DNA of 64,000 bases from Felis catus (lineage: Eukaryota): positions 90,644,001-90,708,000 of the forward strand of contig NC_058370.1 in the NCBI RefSeq assembly GCF_018350175.1. The letters are read 5' to 3'. Position 1 is the stretch's first letter. Each line of letters begins with the position of its first letter. Below the pieces are notes generated by a model. The model was not told the DNA's origin, made no database searches, and was given only the letters and a program-made list of their open reading frames with translations. Below are positions 62,466 to 64,000 of this stretch, in pieces. The position numbers and the translations under genes were made by a program.

Positions 62466-63529
62466 ATATATTGAAGACCAGAGGGCCATTTCCCACATTT
62501 TCCAGACTATTAGGGCTCTGGGATTCTGAGTATAAATGAGGGAGAGGCTCATAAAGACACTAGGTGTGTCAACATCCTAGTTCTTAGGGATTAGTATTTT
62601 CTAAATTTGGTTTAGAAAAATACAATAATATGACATTTCTCACATCAGAATGCTAAGGTACAACTTCATCCCCCTTATCACTGCTGTGAAGGTCAAGATA
62701 GATGTGACAACAGGTACATGGGTGGGTAGGGGACAAAAAAGATGAGTGAGGGCAGGCTGTGGTGGGGGGCAGAAATAGCTTCCTAGTGAAGGTATTTAAG
62801 CAGAATCTGGAAAAAATGGGTAGATATTTGTCAGGTGGATAGAGGCAAAAGGAGAGAGCAGCATGAAAAAGGGTATGGGAAGTGTGGAACAGTTTAGCAT
62901 ATTTGGGGGAACACTTAGTAATTTATTAGTGTGGCTGGAGTAAAGGATGGAAGGGGCATGGTGAAACATGAAGCAAAAAAAAAATTAGACAAGGCTGGGT
63001 CATGAGAAGCCCACTGATCCCATGCTAGCTGCTGTCTGTTCTATCATCTGTTTCCCCTGTCTGTGTCCCCTCTCTAACTTCATTCTGATTTTTTTTTTAA
63101 ATGGTTGCTGACCTGCTATCACCCCACTCTCAGCTTGGATTCTTGTTCTTGACTCTTTGCCTAATGTAACCAAGGACTTTCCATATCCCCACCCATTTAC
63201 AGCCCAACCAGGTCATTGCCTGTGTACTTAGACTCCTGCTAGACACATCCTGGNNNNNNNNNNNNNNNNNNNNNNNNNNNNNNNNNNNNNNNNNNNNNNN
63301 NNNNNNNNNNNNNNNNNNNNNNNNNNNNNNNNNNNNNNNNNNNNNNNNNNNNNNNNNNNNNNNNNNNNNNNNNNNNNNNNNNNNNNNNNNNNNNNNNNNN
63401 NCTTTGTAAGAGAAATGAGGATGTGGAAAGTGAGTCATTAGCTACATAACTGGGACTACATAGTAGGATTTGGTAACTGAAATTATGTTTTCCTGGGGAT
63501 GGATAGATTCATCTCATAAATATTTGGAA

Positions 63530-63534
<5 letters not shown>

Positions 63535-63579
<45 letters not shown>
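63535..63579. repeat. (TA)n microsatellite
   Basis: Directly visible. Confidence 0.95.
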
Positions 63580-63857
63580 TCCCTACCATATTCCACAAAG
63601 CAGTTATGCCAGTTTAGAAACATGCAACAGTACAAAAATATAAATAAGGGATTGGGCAAAGGAAAAATAAGGGTAGGGCAATTACAGAGCCAAGATTAGG
63701 TAAGCTCAGAGAAATGCAAACCACCCACTTTTGCTAGAAGGGAGGCCCACAGCTTTTCCTGATAAAAGTGTTCGAGAAGCTATCTTAAGGATCCTTATTG
63801 AATGAGTGTATTTGACAGAACTCCTGCAGTTAATATGATAATGAATTTCATATGGCT

Positions 63858-64000
63858 ATAGAGTGGTTAAGAGTTTGGGTCCTGGAGTCAACCTTTCTGG
63901 ATTTCATCCTGGCTCTACCATTTACTAGTTGTGTAATCTTGGAAAACTACTTTAACCTCTGTGGGCCTCAATTTCTTCATTTGTAAAATACAGATTATAA
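63858..64000 (+). mobile_element. MIR
   Basis: gtggttaagagt...cctggctctaccatttactagttgtgtaatcttgg...cctcaatttcttcatttgtaaaat. Confidence 0.85.

Overview
Mammalian genomic DNA, almost certainly a felid (many tRNA-derived Can-SINE/SINEC_Fc copies). It matches the gene-dense block at human 2p13.1, in the order: LBX2-upstream CpG-rich region, PCGF1(-), TLX2(+), DQX1(-), AUP1(-), HTRA2(+), LOXL3(-), DOK1(+), 3' end of M1AP(-). Exon chains were reconstructed by hand from splice sites and reading frames. Fully visible CDSs are intact (TLX2 284 aa, HTRA2 458 aa, LOXL3 753 aa, DOK1 491 aa, DQX1). PCGF1 and AUP1 are partly hidden by N-runs. There is no sign of a new gene family. The most interesting unexplained structure is an array of three symmetric phase-2 cassette exons hidden in the ~10.6-kb LOXL3 intron inside SRCR2: two encode polybasic peptides and one carries an in-frame stop and a GC donor. 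Also notable: a MIR-derived 12-nt M1AP microexon, loss of the HTRA2 IAP-binding motif (AVPS to SVLG) plus Asp at position 399, a duplicated TLX2 splice donor, and nested inverted SINE pairs. Comparisons with human proteins are from memory and need confirming by alignment.
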